Source: Corallochytrium limacisporum Hawaii
Lineage: Eukaryota > Protista > Pluriformea
Reading direction: 5' to 3'
Assembly: GCA_002811645.1 (NCBI GenBank)
Contig: PDIP01000051.1
Span: 17,722 to 81,721, forward strand
DNA: 64,000 nucleotides
Shown: piece after piece, positions 32,214-43,502 of the stretch
Layout: every line of letters begins with the position of its first letter
Numbering within the stretch: the first letter of the stretch is position 1
Position numbers and translations under genes: made by a program
Notes under the pieces: generated by a model
Told to the model about the DNA's origin: nothing
The model's database searches: none
Seen by the model: the letters and a program-made list of their open reading frames with translations, nothing else

Positions 32214-33704
32214 TCTGTGGTGATCTACTTTCAAACGCAAGCGCTTTCGTCCACTGTGGTGATGGCGGAAGTGGTGTTGGTGGTGGTGTCGAGTCCGGTT
32301 GTGATTTCGACGGTGATCACGTACTCCTTCTTCCGCGGCTGGGCTCCGTGAACGTTTGTGATCCGCTGTGGCTGTTGCTGCTTCTGCGTTTGCGAGTTTG
32401 GTGTTTGCGCCGGCCACAGGCTGTGGTGGTACAAACGGTTGATTGTTTTCTGCTGTGATTCCTGTCGCTGGTTTCGCTATAACCACTGCTTCCGATGGCT
32501 CTTGTCCAGTCGGGTTATTCAAATTATCCAAATGAGAATCTGCGTTCCTTCCCTTCTTGCCGTCGGCAGTCTTCACAGGATTCTGACTTAAGCTGAGGTC
32601 TTTTCCCTTGGAGGTAGTGAGGGCGTCGTCGTTGTACGGCCGTTCACCGATGTGGCGCTTCTCTACGTCGTGCTCGAGTAGCTCGTCACGCTCCTGCTGA
32701 CAAAGTGCAATTTTGGGGCGAAGGGAATCGAGTTTTCGCTCCTCTTCGAGCTTACGTTCGTGTTCCTTACGACGCTTGCGTTCTAGATACCGCTCGTGCT
32801 GCTGGCGCTTGCGGTGTTGTTGCCTTTGATATTGTCTGAACTGAAGCTCTTCTTCCCGTTCTCGACGCTCTCGTTCAATTTGAAGAGCCTTCGCGTGTTC
32901 GAATTGAGCCCGTCGCGCCTGCAGTTTATGCTGGTACTCCTGCAGGAATTGTTGCTGTTGCTGTAGTGAGGGTGGCACGCAGGTACCTATAACTGTTGGT
33001 ACAAAGCTACGGTCTTCTGCCACAAGATAATAGAAGCTTGGGTGCAACGGTGTTGATGCCGCGGCTGTCTCTGCTGCGAGTGCTGCTGCGGATCCTCGGA
33101 CGGGCTGCGGTCTCCTACCAATGCCAGTCTCAGTATAAAGCGGGTACGGTCTCACACCGACGTCGTCTTTAGATTGCTGCTGTTGCTGTCTCTGCTGAGC
33201 TTGTTGTTGCCCCTGTGGTCGCTGTTGCTGTTGCTGCTGTGGTGATGGATCCGGAGAAAGTATTTGGTAGCTTAAAATCTGCGGACCAGGGCCACAGTAG
33301 TAAAACGGTGAGAGTTGCTGCTGTCTCTGGGCAACTCCTGCTGGGGGGTAGCTCTGGTGCAGTCGCTGCGTCTGCTGAAGATTCCGAAGCGTTAGCTGGG
33401 GGCTGGGTTGCGGTGAAGTAGCAGCCTGAAGCGCTGACTGCCGCTGCTGTCCCTGTTGCGTGTGATTCCCTCGGCTTGTTCCTGGTGCTGATGCGGATGA
33501 AAACACCTGCTCCTGCTGCTGCCGCTGCTGCTGCTCCTGCTGACTTTGTTGTCCCGTTGACTTACGTTGGGTTTCTGGCGTAGATATTCTCGGAGGAGTC
33601 TGCGCCTGCTGCTGTTCTTGCTGAGGAGGATAGTGCTCTCCTGTCTGTTGTTCTTGTTGCTTTTGCTGTTGAAGTTGTTGTTGCGGCGGCTGCTCTTGCT
33701 GCTC

Positions 33705-33729
33705 TTGCTGCTGCTGCTGCTGCTGCTGC

Positions 33730-33767
<38 letters not shown>
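33705..33767 (-). repeat. (CAA)12(CAG)8CAA repeat encoding Q21
   Basis: Read directly from the sequence; in frame with TTBK. Confidence 0.95.
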
Positions 33768-33768
<1 letters not shown>

Positions 33769-33804
33769 GTCAAAGACCGACCGGTATAGAGATAACGTTG
33801 CTGA

Positions 33805-33843
33805 TCAACCCAGGCTGTAAGAGGCGAGTAGTTTCCAAGCCAT
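33805..33843 (-). promoter_or_regulatory. Single out-of-frame upstream ORF (MAWKLLASYSLG*) in the TTBK leader
   Basis: Only ATG on the minus strand between 32214 and 34387. Context GGAATGG. Stops 31 nt before the in-frame TTG at 33773. Confidence 0.5.
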
Positions 33844-34605
33844 TCCGCTTCCCGCTGAGGCGCCTGCTTGGCCCTCTTGGTTTCTCCGTAGTTCCGGTAA
33901 ATTTCAAGTGCTTTGTTGTGTAAGGACTTTACCGTGACGTCAAAAGATTCGCTGGCGCCGCGAGGGTAATATCTCCAAATATACCCTGCACTAACGGTGC
34001 TTCCAACGAACTGAACGTTACGGCTGAACTCCTGATTAAGGACGCCTTTATCTTGTAGGACTACAAAGTCCTTTGCTCTCTCTTTGTTTACCGGTGTCTA
34101 CTATAACTCTCGCTTTCCGTAACTGCGCGTTGATTCCTAGACGTGGCAAATAAATAGAAAGCTCCGTCTCAAGTCTGATTAACCTAAACCTGACCCTGAA
34201 TTTTCCGACTGGAAAATGCTTCTCTGTCTTTCTGTAAATGCAAAAAACTATCGAACGGCTTCCTGACAATGCCTTGTTGGCTACTTCAATGCCCGATTGA
34301 AAGCTGTCCTGGGTGCCTAATGTCTATTTAGAGTATTTCTTTACCACAAGTCAAGGTAGACCAGTCCTGCGTTTCGGTAGACAACCTCATGTTTACTCTT
34401 TTCTACCTCCGAAGCCGCAAGACATGACGATTCCACCCAAAGCCACGAACAAAGCACGGTTCCAAAAAGTGTCCATCGTGTTCGTTTGTCCATTGTTATC
34501 TCTGTGTCACCACGACGTCAACAAAACCATCCTCTCAGCACATGCTTCGACGAACCCGAAGGCAACAAAGGTAAAAAATTCTTCGCACACACACACACTC
34601 ACTCA

Positions 34606-34902
34606 NNNNNNNNNNNNNNNNNNNNNNNNNNNNNNNNNNNNNNNNNNNNNNNNNNNNNNNNNNNNNNNNNNNNNNNNNNNNNNNNNNNNNNNNNNNNNNN
34701 NNNNNNNNNNNNNNNNNNNNNNNNNNNNNNNNNNNNNNNNNNNNNNNNNNNNNNNNNNNNNNNNNNNNNNNNNNNNNNNNNNNNNNNNNNNNNNNNNNNN
34801 NNNNNNNNNNNNNNNNNNNNNNNNNNNNNNNNNNNNNNNNNNNNNNNNNNNNNNNNNNNNNNNNNNNNNNNNNNNNNNNNNNNNNNNNNNNNNNNNNNNN
34901 NN
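34606..34902. other. Assembly gap (N run)
   Basis: N characters, flanked by (CA)n on the left. Confidence 1.
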
Positions 34903-35070
34903 AAGCAAGCAGGGAAAGGGGGAAGGAGAGAGAGCCCCCCCCGGGGGGGGGGAGTGGGTTGAGAGAGCAGCAGCAGCAGCAGCAGCAGGCAGGCCAGGCA
35001 GGCAGAGCACAGCGCAGCAGCACGGCAGGCAGCAAGGGTGCACGGCGGAAGTCGGCGGCGAAAGGTTGGG

Positions 35071-35109
35071 AAAGGAAGGAAGGAAGGAAGGAAGGAAGGA
35101 AGGAAGGAA
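35071..35109 (+). repeat. (GGAA)n microsatellite
   Basis: Read directly from the sequence. Confidence 0.9.
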
Positions 35110-36453
35110 CGGTGGTCCCAAGGCATTTTTGGCCCCTCTCTGTTTTTTTTGCTATTTTTCTTTGGGACGATATCGGACGCCTCCCCTTTTTTTGGCCCCT
35201 TTGCCCGTTGCCTTTGCTGACTCCCGCCTCCCCCCCCGGGGCGGGTCCGAAAAAGGGGTAAAAATTGGGAAAGGTTTGGAAGAGAGGAAAGGCAGAGGGC
35301 AAAAAGAAAAAAAAGAAAGGGAGAAGAAAGGAGGAAGAGAAAAAAACCGAAGATTGGGGTCTCAAAATCAAAATCAAAACAGAAGAACAAAGAAAAAACA
35401 AACACAAAAGAAAGAAAAGAAGGGAAAAAACTCACAGTAAAGAAAAGGAAAAAAAAAAAAGAAAAGTTCCTCTTCGTCTCCCGGGCTGCTGGGGAGGGAG
35501 AGAGAGAGAGCCAAGACGAACAAAAGAAAGAAAGGGCACCCGGGGGTGGTACTGTGGCTACCGCACCGGGGCACTGCCACGCACGCCCCCTTCCCGCCGA
35601 AGGGAATAGAGGGGCGGGGGGGGAGGGGCGGCTGACACAGACTGACACGGAGAGAGAGAGAGAGACAGACACAGACACGGAGAGGGAGACAGACAGACAC
35701 AGACGCAGAGAGAGAGTGGAATGCGCTGCTCAACCCTTCCTCCGTTTTTTTGGTTCTCTTTTTTTTTTTTGGTTTTCTCTCTCTCTTTCTCTCCGGTTAA
35801 AAAGGAGAGAGAGAGAGAGAGGGGCCCAGGGGAGCGGCGAATGACTGACTGTGCCCCTGGGCGGGGGCCAGCAATGACGCAGCAGAAAAAAGGAGGAGAA
35901 GGGCAGGCCGTTCACTACCACGCACACACGCACGCACGCACGCACGCACGGACGGACAGACCTGGGCCGTGCACTTTGCACTTTGCTCCCAAAGACAACC
36001 TTCCTCCTCCCCCGAACCCCCGAACGGACCCTCCCGGGGAAAGGCAAAAGGCCCGGCCCGCCTCGCACAACGGTCCTTTCTTTCTTTCTATCTTTATTTC
36101 CTGTTTCCTTTTTTTTTTGGTCGGTGGGGTACTTGACCAAGCACGCAGTCCCGCGCAAGTTCACTCACTATCCAGCCCGTAAGCCAAGACCTCTCCCCCC
36201 CCGCGTCTCTCTCTCTCTCTCTCTGGGGCAGAATTTGATGAGATGGAATGAAATGGAGGAATGTACACAGACACAGAGAGAGAGAGTAGAGAGGGAGAGT
36301 GCCCGAAAAGAAATGAAAAGCGATTTTGGGTGCGAAGGGGAAAAATAAAAGTGCCTGATGCAATCAGAAAACCAAGCAGTTCGGACGGCACACCACCACC
36401 CCCCCCCAAAATCAATCAGAATGGAAAACAGTAGTGAAGGCAACGGCGAGGGG

Positions 36454-36660
36454 NNNNNNNNNNNNNNNNNNNNNNNNNNNNNNNNNNNNNNNNNNNNNNN
36501 NNNNNNNNNNNNNNNNNNNNNNNNNNNNNNNNNNNNNNNNNNNNNNNNNNNNNNNNNNNNNNNNNNNNNNNNNNNNNNNNNNNNNNNNNNNNNNNNNNNN
36601 NNNNNNNNNNNNNNNNNNNNNNNNNNNNNNNNNNNNNNNNNNNNNNNNNNNNNNNNNNNN
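36454..36660. other. Assembly gap (N run)
   Basis: N characters between G-rich flanks. Confidence 1.
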
Positions 36661-38271
36661 GTGGGGTGGGGTAATTTGAGTGGCCAGAGAAGGAGGGGGA
36701 GGGGGCGGGCAGGCTATAAATCAGTCAAATCCAAGAGCCAAGTAAAAAAGAAGAAGAAGGTTTTAAGAAAAAAATTATGAGGTATTTGAATTGAATTCAA
36801 AGAGTGTGTTACCCACTCCACCTCCCACCCCCTCCTCCTCTCCCTTTTAATTTTCATGCCAACCTTGGCTGGGCCCTGCCCCTTATTTTTTTTATTCCCT
36901 GACAAGTCCATTTCTTTTGTTTTCTATTGGGCAGTGGGTTATTTTGACTTTACCGAGCCAGTCCTTGCTTGCGCCCTCTCTCGCTCTCCCCTCCCTTACC
37001 GCTCCACACGGACAGACACCTCTCGACCGGGGGTTGGGAAGAGGGGGGGGCTCCCGCTAATCTCTCTCTCTGTGTGTTTTGTATGGCTCGTGCTGGCCAT
37101 GCCCAGAGCCCAAGGTTTTCTGTTCTTTTTCTTTGAACTTTGTTATCTTTGGTCCTCATCCTGCGCAGCAGGTGTGGTGTCAGCAGATGGCCAGGACGAT
37201 CGGTACTGAATGTACGGAAGATCTTCCCATTGCCATCGCGCGCTCTCTCTCTCTCTCGTTTTCCTTGCCTTTTTCTTTTGCCCGTCCGAACGCACGCCAA
37301 GAACGGGGCCTAGGGTTTTGGGTCCGTTTGCTTTTGCTTTGCTGCCCTCTCTCCACCTTCTCCCCCTCCCTCTCTCTGTCGCTCTTCTCCCCCCCCCACC
37401 CCGGGCCCACGCGAGCTGAGCCAGTTGAGTTTTTTTTAAAACATTTTTACTTTCTGGCCAATTGGCGAACGAATCAGAAATTCCCCTTATCTCCCATCTC
37501 TCCACACACACACCCCTCCCTCCCTCTTCCCCATCTCTTCATATTAAGTATGCAGCCTCTCCCCTCTCCACAACTTCCCCTCGCACCGATTATGATTCCT
37601 GGCCCTGGTATAAATTTTTTTATCGGGCCTGGAACGAATAGGGAAATTAATCAAAACTAAGAAATAAACGAATACTTAAGAAAAAGTACTGCGAAATGAT
37701 CAACACTTCAGCCAGTTCTTCAGAATGGCGTCCTATTCCCATAATTTCCTTTTTTCTTCTTTTCTTAAGTAAAAAAGAAAACCATTTCTCCACGCTCTTC
37801 TTTTCTCTCTCTCTCTCTCTTTGCTACTGTGCGGGCCCATGAGACTCTCTCTCTCTCTCTATCTCTTTCGCTCGCCCGAGCGCTCACTCGGGGTGGAGTG
37901 TTCGGAGGTGAATGTTTCCCGAAACTGCCACCCTAAACCCCCCCCAAAACCCAAAGGCCGCACACCAGAGGCCACGTGTGTGTGTTTTCAATAAGTAAGG
38001 AAAGAAAACTACCGGGCTTTATTTTTATTGGTTTCTTTTGGGGGGGGGGGGGGCAGGAGTGCCAAGAAAACAAAATAGAAAAAAATTCCCGTTAGCCCGT
38101 CTTTGGTTCCCCCCGACGCCATTTTTTCTTGGGCGTTGTGTGGTGCGTGCGGTGCGTGGTGTGTTGTTGTGTGACCAGGGCAATCTTCACCCGCTCTTGG
38201 CGGCGGTGGAGAAGGGGGGAGGAGGAGGGTGGTCAAGAGAGCAGTCTTAAACACTCTGCCCCCCCCCCCCC

Positions 38272-38481
38272 NNNNNNNNNNNNNNNNNNNNNNNNNNNNN
38301 NNNNNNNNNNNNNNNNNNNNNNNNNNNNNNNNNNNNNNNNNNNNNNNNNNNNNNNNNNNNNNNNNNNNNNNNNNNNNNNNNNNNNNNNNNNNNNNNNNNN
38401 NNNNNNNNNNNNNNNNNNNNNNNNNNNNNNNNNNNNNNNNNNNNNNNNNNNNNNNNNNNNNNNNNNNNNNNNNNNNNNNNN
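38272..38481. other. Assembly gap (N run)
   Basis: N characters after a poly-C run. Confidence 1.
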
Positions 38482-39806
38482 CCCGCCGTCTCACTCTCTC
38501 TGGGGCTGGTACTCCCACTACCGACCGAGACAAAGTCGCGAGAGGCAGGAAGAAGGGAAAAATAAATGAAGAGGGGAGGAGGGGATGCGTCGCTGGGGAG
38601 GCCCCCGGCATGAATGAAGCGGCGCCTAGGAGCAAAATGTTCCGGAATTTCCAAAGGGAAAAAGAGCCGCCCGGGGGGGGGGGGCCGGGGCGAAGCAGGG
38701 ACAAGCCGGAAGGGCCCGCAACAATTTTTTTGACCTCGGACTCTTGGGCCACCTGGACACACCGCAAAAAAAAAAGAAAGTTGAACATTCCGGCTGTATT
38801 TGCTGACCACGTAGAGTCAGTATTTCTTTATTGCATTCTCCCCCCGTTCCATCTCCCTCTCTCTCTCTCTCTCTCGCTGTGTTATGCCGCCGATGGGTGT
38901 CAAGCCATTTGGTCCACCTGAGCGTTCTCTTGTGTAGCAAATATACGTGGCAGCGGGCGCTTGCGGCACGGGCACTACTTTTGCCCTTTAGCTAATTCCT
39001 TTTTTCCCCTTTTTTCTTTCTTTCTCGCGCGGGGGTGTGTGTGTGTGTGTGTGCGGAGAGAAATCCTTGGATGGCTTGCATGGTGCGTGTGTGTCTGTGT
39101 GCCGCCGGTGTGCAAGCAGTCCTTTGCCCCACCCCCACCCCTTTCGGGGGCCGTGCCGATTTATATAGATAATCTACGGCCATAGTTTCTTGGTTGAAAT
39201 ACCAAGAAATGGAAAACTCAACCCAAAAAAAAAATACGCGGCCAGAGGGAGAAACAGGGGCAGGGAGGGCGGTGAGAGGTCAATGTTCATATCCGGAATA
39301 TTTTTATATTTATGGAATTTCCATTTATATATTGGATATTTAATATACTGACATTATTAGTTTTTATTCTTGTTGCCGATTGGCTGACTTCCGGGAGCCC
39401 CCCCACAAGGCCACCCAAAAAAAAGGGGGGGGGAGAAACAAAAGGCGGAAAAAAATAAAAAGGGAAAACGAAAAGGAAAAGGGAGGAGTGGTGGGGATGC
39501 TTCCACTCTGGTGAAAAAGTGGGAAGGGGGAGAGGGGGCAAAAAGGAGCTGGACTGCTTGATCACAAACCGCATCACCCACGTCGAAACTACAGTGTGTC
39601 AAACATCTTAGATTTATTGAATTAAGAAGTGTACATCAAGTGATGATGGATGACAACGACAATGACAGTGGTCATCGTCTACGACAGGTTGCCAATGTTG
39701 AGAAATGTGAAGAAGATGGTGATGTAGCTGCGGCTGGTGGTGTTGTGGTGGTGGTGATGATGATGATAATGTCTCAAGCCCGACAATGACATGGGCAAAG
39801 TCATGA

Positions 39807-39981
39807 TTGCTGAATGGGAGTTGGTTGTTTGATATCGGGCGATGCGAGCATTTCCCCTGCGATGGTGTGATGGAGAAAGAGTTTCACACTCAGCACGCCG
39901 TCAGTGTGTCTTATTCATTGTTTAGTATGACGGGACAAAACAACCTCGGATTGTGATGGAAACTCCCATGCAATGAAGCAA
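39807..39981 (-). promoter_or_regulatory. Candidate SECIS element in the TrxR 3' UTR
   Basis: Core UGAC (39903-39900) / CGAU (39837-39834), helix GGCGUGCUGAGUG/UGCUCGCAUCGCC, unpaired AAA (39884-39882) and apical mini-stem. Basal helices GGUUGUUU/AAACAACC and AUGGGAGUU/AACUCCCAU. Confidence 0.6.
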
Positions 39982-40094
39982 GATGAGTAATGATGATGAT
40001 GATGATGATGATGATTATGTGTGGATTACCCTCCCTGGACACTGAAAAACATGATCGTTGAGATGATGATGCAGATCAGTTCGGCCCAAGGAGC

Positions 40095-42029
40095 TTAGCC
40101 TCAGCAGCCCGTGACCTCTGCGTCCTCCCCTGTGGACTTGGAGGCCTTGATCCTGAGCAGTTCCTCGGCTCCCGTTGGGTGAATGCCGACGCTATCGTTG
40201 AGGTCGCCCCATGTGAGGCCCAGGGGCGTCGACATGGCCACTGAAAAGCCCTGCAACACCTCTCCAGCGTTTGGTCCGTAGTAGTGTATGCCCACGACCT
40301 GTGCGTCGTGGTCGAGACGGGGTTGTGGTCCTCCCGTGGTGTGCTCGCCCATCCGCTCTCGCGCAGCGACGGGCACAGGACGCTTGACGATGACCTTCGC
40401 ATATCCTGGCGGGAACAGACTTTGTCGCGGTGTCACACTCCACTCCAAGGGTTCAAAGTAAGCGTGGAAGACTTCAATGTGCCGGGGAATGTCCATGAGT
40501 ATGTCCTGCTCGTCCATGTCGGCTCCTTCTGCCCCCGACTGTGTCGGAAAAGGAGGTTCATTAAAAAGCGCTAGAGCCTCCTCTTCGCTCATGCCCACGC
40601 ATGCATACTCCATGGGCGTGAAAACAGTGGTCGGAACAGTGCGCAGCCGGCGCTCCAACGCTGTGCCCCAGAGCGGATCAGACTGGGAGGGAGACGTGAC
40701 CACAGTTGGGCCGGAGGCGATCAGAGGGTTGGAGCTCTCGGACTGCGCAAAGAGACGGTCGGCGAGGTGCTTACCCTGTTGTACGGCGACCGGAGTGAGT
40801 TCTGGGAAGCCTGTGCTTGCGCAGTCGCCGATGGCAAAGATTCCGGCAACACTCGTCTCCGCCGTGAAGGGGTGTGCGAGGACCTTGGCGCTACGGTCAT
40901 CGATTTCAACCCCGAGGCTCTCGACGAGGCCTTGGACCGTATCGACCTCGGGCCTGCGTCCAGTGGCGACCACGACCGTGTCGAAAGCATCAGCGTGCTC
41001 GTCACCACAGTCCACTCCCTTCCACCGGACGGTGAGCCCGGGTCTGCCAGCCCCGTCCTCGGTGTCCGAGGATTCCGCGCCGATTGGAATGAACCCACGG
41101 TGGACTTTGACATCTATGGACCGCAAACCGTCGAGCACGAGCTCTGACATCTGCCGATCGAACCCACGCAGGGGGATGCTCCGGAACAGCAGATGCACAG
41201 GGAAGCCTAGGGACCGCAGAAATCCCGCCGTTTCCAGTGCCACGTACCCGGAGCCGACAACCAGTGTCTTGCCCGGGGCGCGGGGCAGAGTAAATATGTC
41301 GTCGCTCGTAATGATACGCTGCGGATCCACGGACTGCAGTGCCTCAGGTATGTACGGCCGGCCCCCCACGGCAACGACGACGTTCCGAGCGTGCAGCTGC
41401 GGTGGCAGAAGCTTTGCTTTCTTTGGATTCGCCGGAGCAAGAATCGTTTTGAAGGTCGGCGGTGATATGCTATCTGGGCCCCCTGATTCCCTATCAATGA
41501 GTACCCCGTAGGCATTGTAATAATTTGCGGAGCGCGCTCGGAGCTGTGTGCGATGGCCAAAATTTAACGGAAGGATATGATCTTGCACGGACTGGACCAA
41601 CTTTTGCCAGTCGACGCCCGATTCGATTGATAGTGCATCTTTTTCGGGCGCTTTCAGACCAAATGGCTCCTGATCATACAGAGCGGACAGCCGCAGCTCA
41701 CCGGCACGATGAAACAGTTTCTTCGGTATGCACCCGACATTCACGCACGTTCCCCCGAGGCCCCAGGTCGACCCGTGCTCGGAGGGCCGTACGGCATCCA
41801 GGACGGCGACTGAAGCACCGTGCTCTGCCGCACGCTTAGCGCAGGCCAGGCCGCCACTACCGCCACCGATAACGAGCAGATCTAATGGATCTTTGGAATT
41901 GGAGCCCGCCGCACTTCCGGTCATGCCGCCAGCGCTGTTGTTGATCAGAGACCGTCTCTGGTGCAGTAGCACAGTGGCCAGAATGGGTCTAGCCGGCGAT
42001 CCGGGACGGTGGTACCGTGCCAGGGACAT
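40095..42029 (-). CDS. TXNRD2: Selenocysteine-containing large thioredoxin reductase, probably mitochondrial (TXNRD2-like), ending Gly-Cys-Sec-Gly
   Basis: IGGGSGGLA, LGGTCVNVGCIPKK, PELTPVA, VPTTVFTPMEY, VGIHPT. 3' end reads GGC TGC TGA GGC TAA (UGA at 40103-40101). Arg-rich presequence from ATG 42029. Confidence 0.93.
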
Positions 42030-42666
42030 GGTTGTGCCACTGATATGTGCACCTTGAGAATTTGAAACTTTCCACACAGCTTCTACATGGCTGGAGTCTG
42101 CCTACTCGTTGGGTTTCTTCTCTCGCTTCGCGAACGTCGGCTGAGTGAAGTTTCCCGATTCATTCATGCTGGTGGCAAAAGTGTCAGACCCTTTGCCACT
42201 TCGATGTGAACATGATTTGCTGATCTTGAATAGCCGGGGTCTAAGGAAATCTGCGCAGGTAATGGTAACAAAAGCCAAGTAAAAATAAAAAGCCACGGGG
42301 GAAATGGAGAGGCAGGTGCAAAACCAAGAATGCTCTCCGCACTAGCCCCGTGGCTGCGAGACTCCTCCCCCCCCCCCCCCGGGGGGGGGCCGGAGGAAGG
42401 GAAGGGGGGGTTCCGACTTTCCCCTTCCCTCTTTCTCGCCCCAGAGGCGCTTGGGGGACACCCAGTGAGACTCTCGCCCGGGGTTGGGGGGGGGGGAGAG
42501 ACATAACACTGGGCGCGCTCGGACGGGCCCGGCGGTGGTGGCTATTTCCAGCTGTTCGATGCGGAGACAGCAAACGAGATATACCCAGAAGGCATTTTGC
42601 TTGATGATCCCGTAATGGAGTCCAACAACGGCCGGAAGAACACAGCTGAAAGGAGGATAAGGAAGC

Positions 42667-43254
42667 ATGGAGTCTTTGTACCCAGCCATGAATCAATCGA
42701 CTTCCTGGGCAGTGCAGGCCGGTATGGCGGGTGCCATGGCCGCAGTCTTCTCGAAACTCGCGCTGAACGCCGTGGAAGGCGGACGATTAAGTCCGTGTCG
42801 AGGCTACCCCTCACACCTGAGCACGGCCGTCCTTGGCCCGGATTGGCACCGGACCCTCTGTGATCCGTCGTTTGCTACAGACTTTGCGACCGATGTGGAC
42901 AGTTTTCTGGGAAGTCTGAGCTTTGGTTCGTTTATCCGCGGTCATGCTCTCCCTGACCTGGCTGTTAGGGTAGCCTGCCTGCTGTGTATGGTCTATTGTA
43001 ACGCATTCATGTTCAGTCGGTTCAGCCGCGCCCTGGACCGGTCCCCATCAACGGCATCCGCGACCGCGATCGCGACATCTAGCAATTACCTCAGTGCCAG
43101 TCTCGCAGGGATCCTTCTGTTTGGCGAGGTCGTCGGATGGCGGTGGAGCGTAGGGTGTCTCCTGATCACGGGTGGAGTTATGTTGATCGCTCGGGATCAG
43201 GCCTTGGCTGAGGATGGACAAGAAAATGGTGGGAGTGACCGTAAGGATCGGTAG
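42667..43254 (+). CDS. TMEM42: TMEM42-like small DMT/EamA-family membrane protein
   Basis: AGMAGAMAAVFSKLA, NAFMFSRFSRAL, SSNYLSASLAGILLFGE, W.VG..LI..G..LI pattern. Confidence 0.82.
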   Translation: MESLYPAMNQSTSWAVQAGMAGAMAAVFSKLALNAVEGGRLSPCRGYPSHLSTAVLGPDWHRTLCDPSFATDFATDVDSFLGSLSFGSFIRGHALPDLAVRVACLLCMVYCNAFMFSRFSRALDRSPSTASATAIATSSNYLSASLAGILLFGEVVGWRWSVGCLLITGGVMLIARDQALAEDGQENGGSDRKDR

Positions 43255-43502
43255 CATTCAAGAAAATTAAAAAACGTCAGAAGTATTCATGATAGTTCCG
43301 AAACAGATTCATTAGAAAAGGTGAGCAGATTTAGGGGACAAAGTGGATAGGACCACAATCGTGTTTGTATTGGCTACTTAAGGTGACGATGAAATGCTAA
43401 GATGACGATGATGATGATGATGATGATGACGATGATGATGACGAGGAGCAGGAGCAGGAGGATGAGGTTGATGATGATTCTACATACAAAACGCAATTAA
43501 AA

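Larger units (their letters stand above)
32214..34097 (-). other. AUG-free, stop-free in-frame N-terminal extension of TTBK (628 codons; polyQ, coiled coil, His-rich)
   Basis: Manual translation: open from after the TAG at 34100-34098 to ATG 32213 with no Met. Protein-like content (Q-rich region, ERERREREEE coiled coil, HHHQHH). Confidence 0.75.

Noticed and set aside
34313-38940. Long ORFs containing X runs
   Set aside because: Artefacts of reading through N gaps and microsatellites.
39770-39806. Alternative SECIS core AUGAC...UGAG
   Set aside because: Stem too short and no apical AA motif.
40477-41511. 344-aa plus-strand ORF, and similar antisense ORFs in TBC1D23, the hydrolase, NDH-2 and SDA1
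   Set aside because: Antisense shadows of GC-rich genes.
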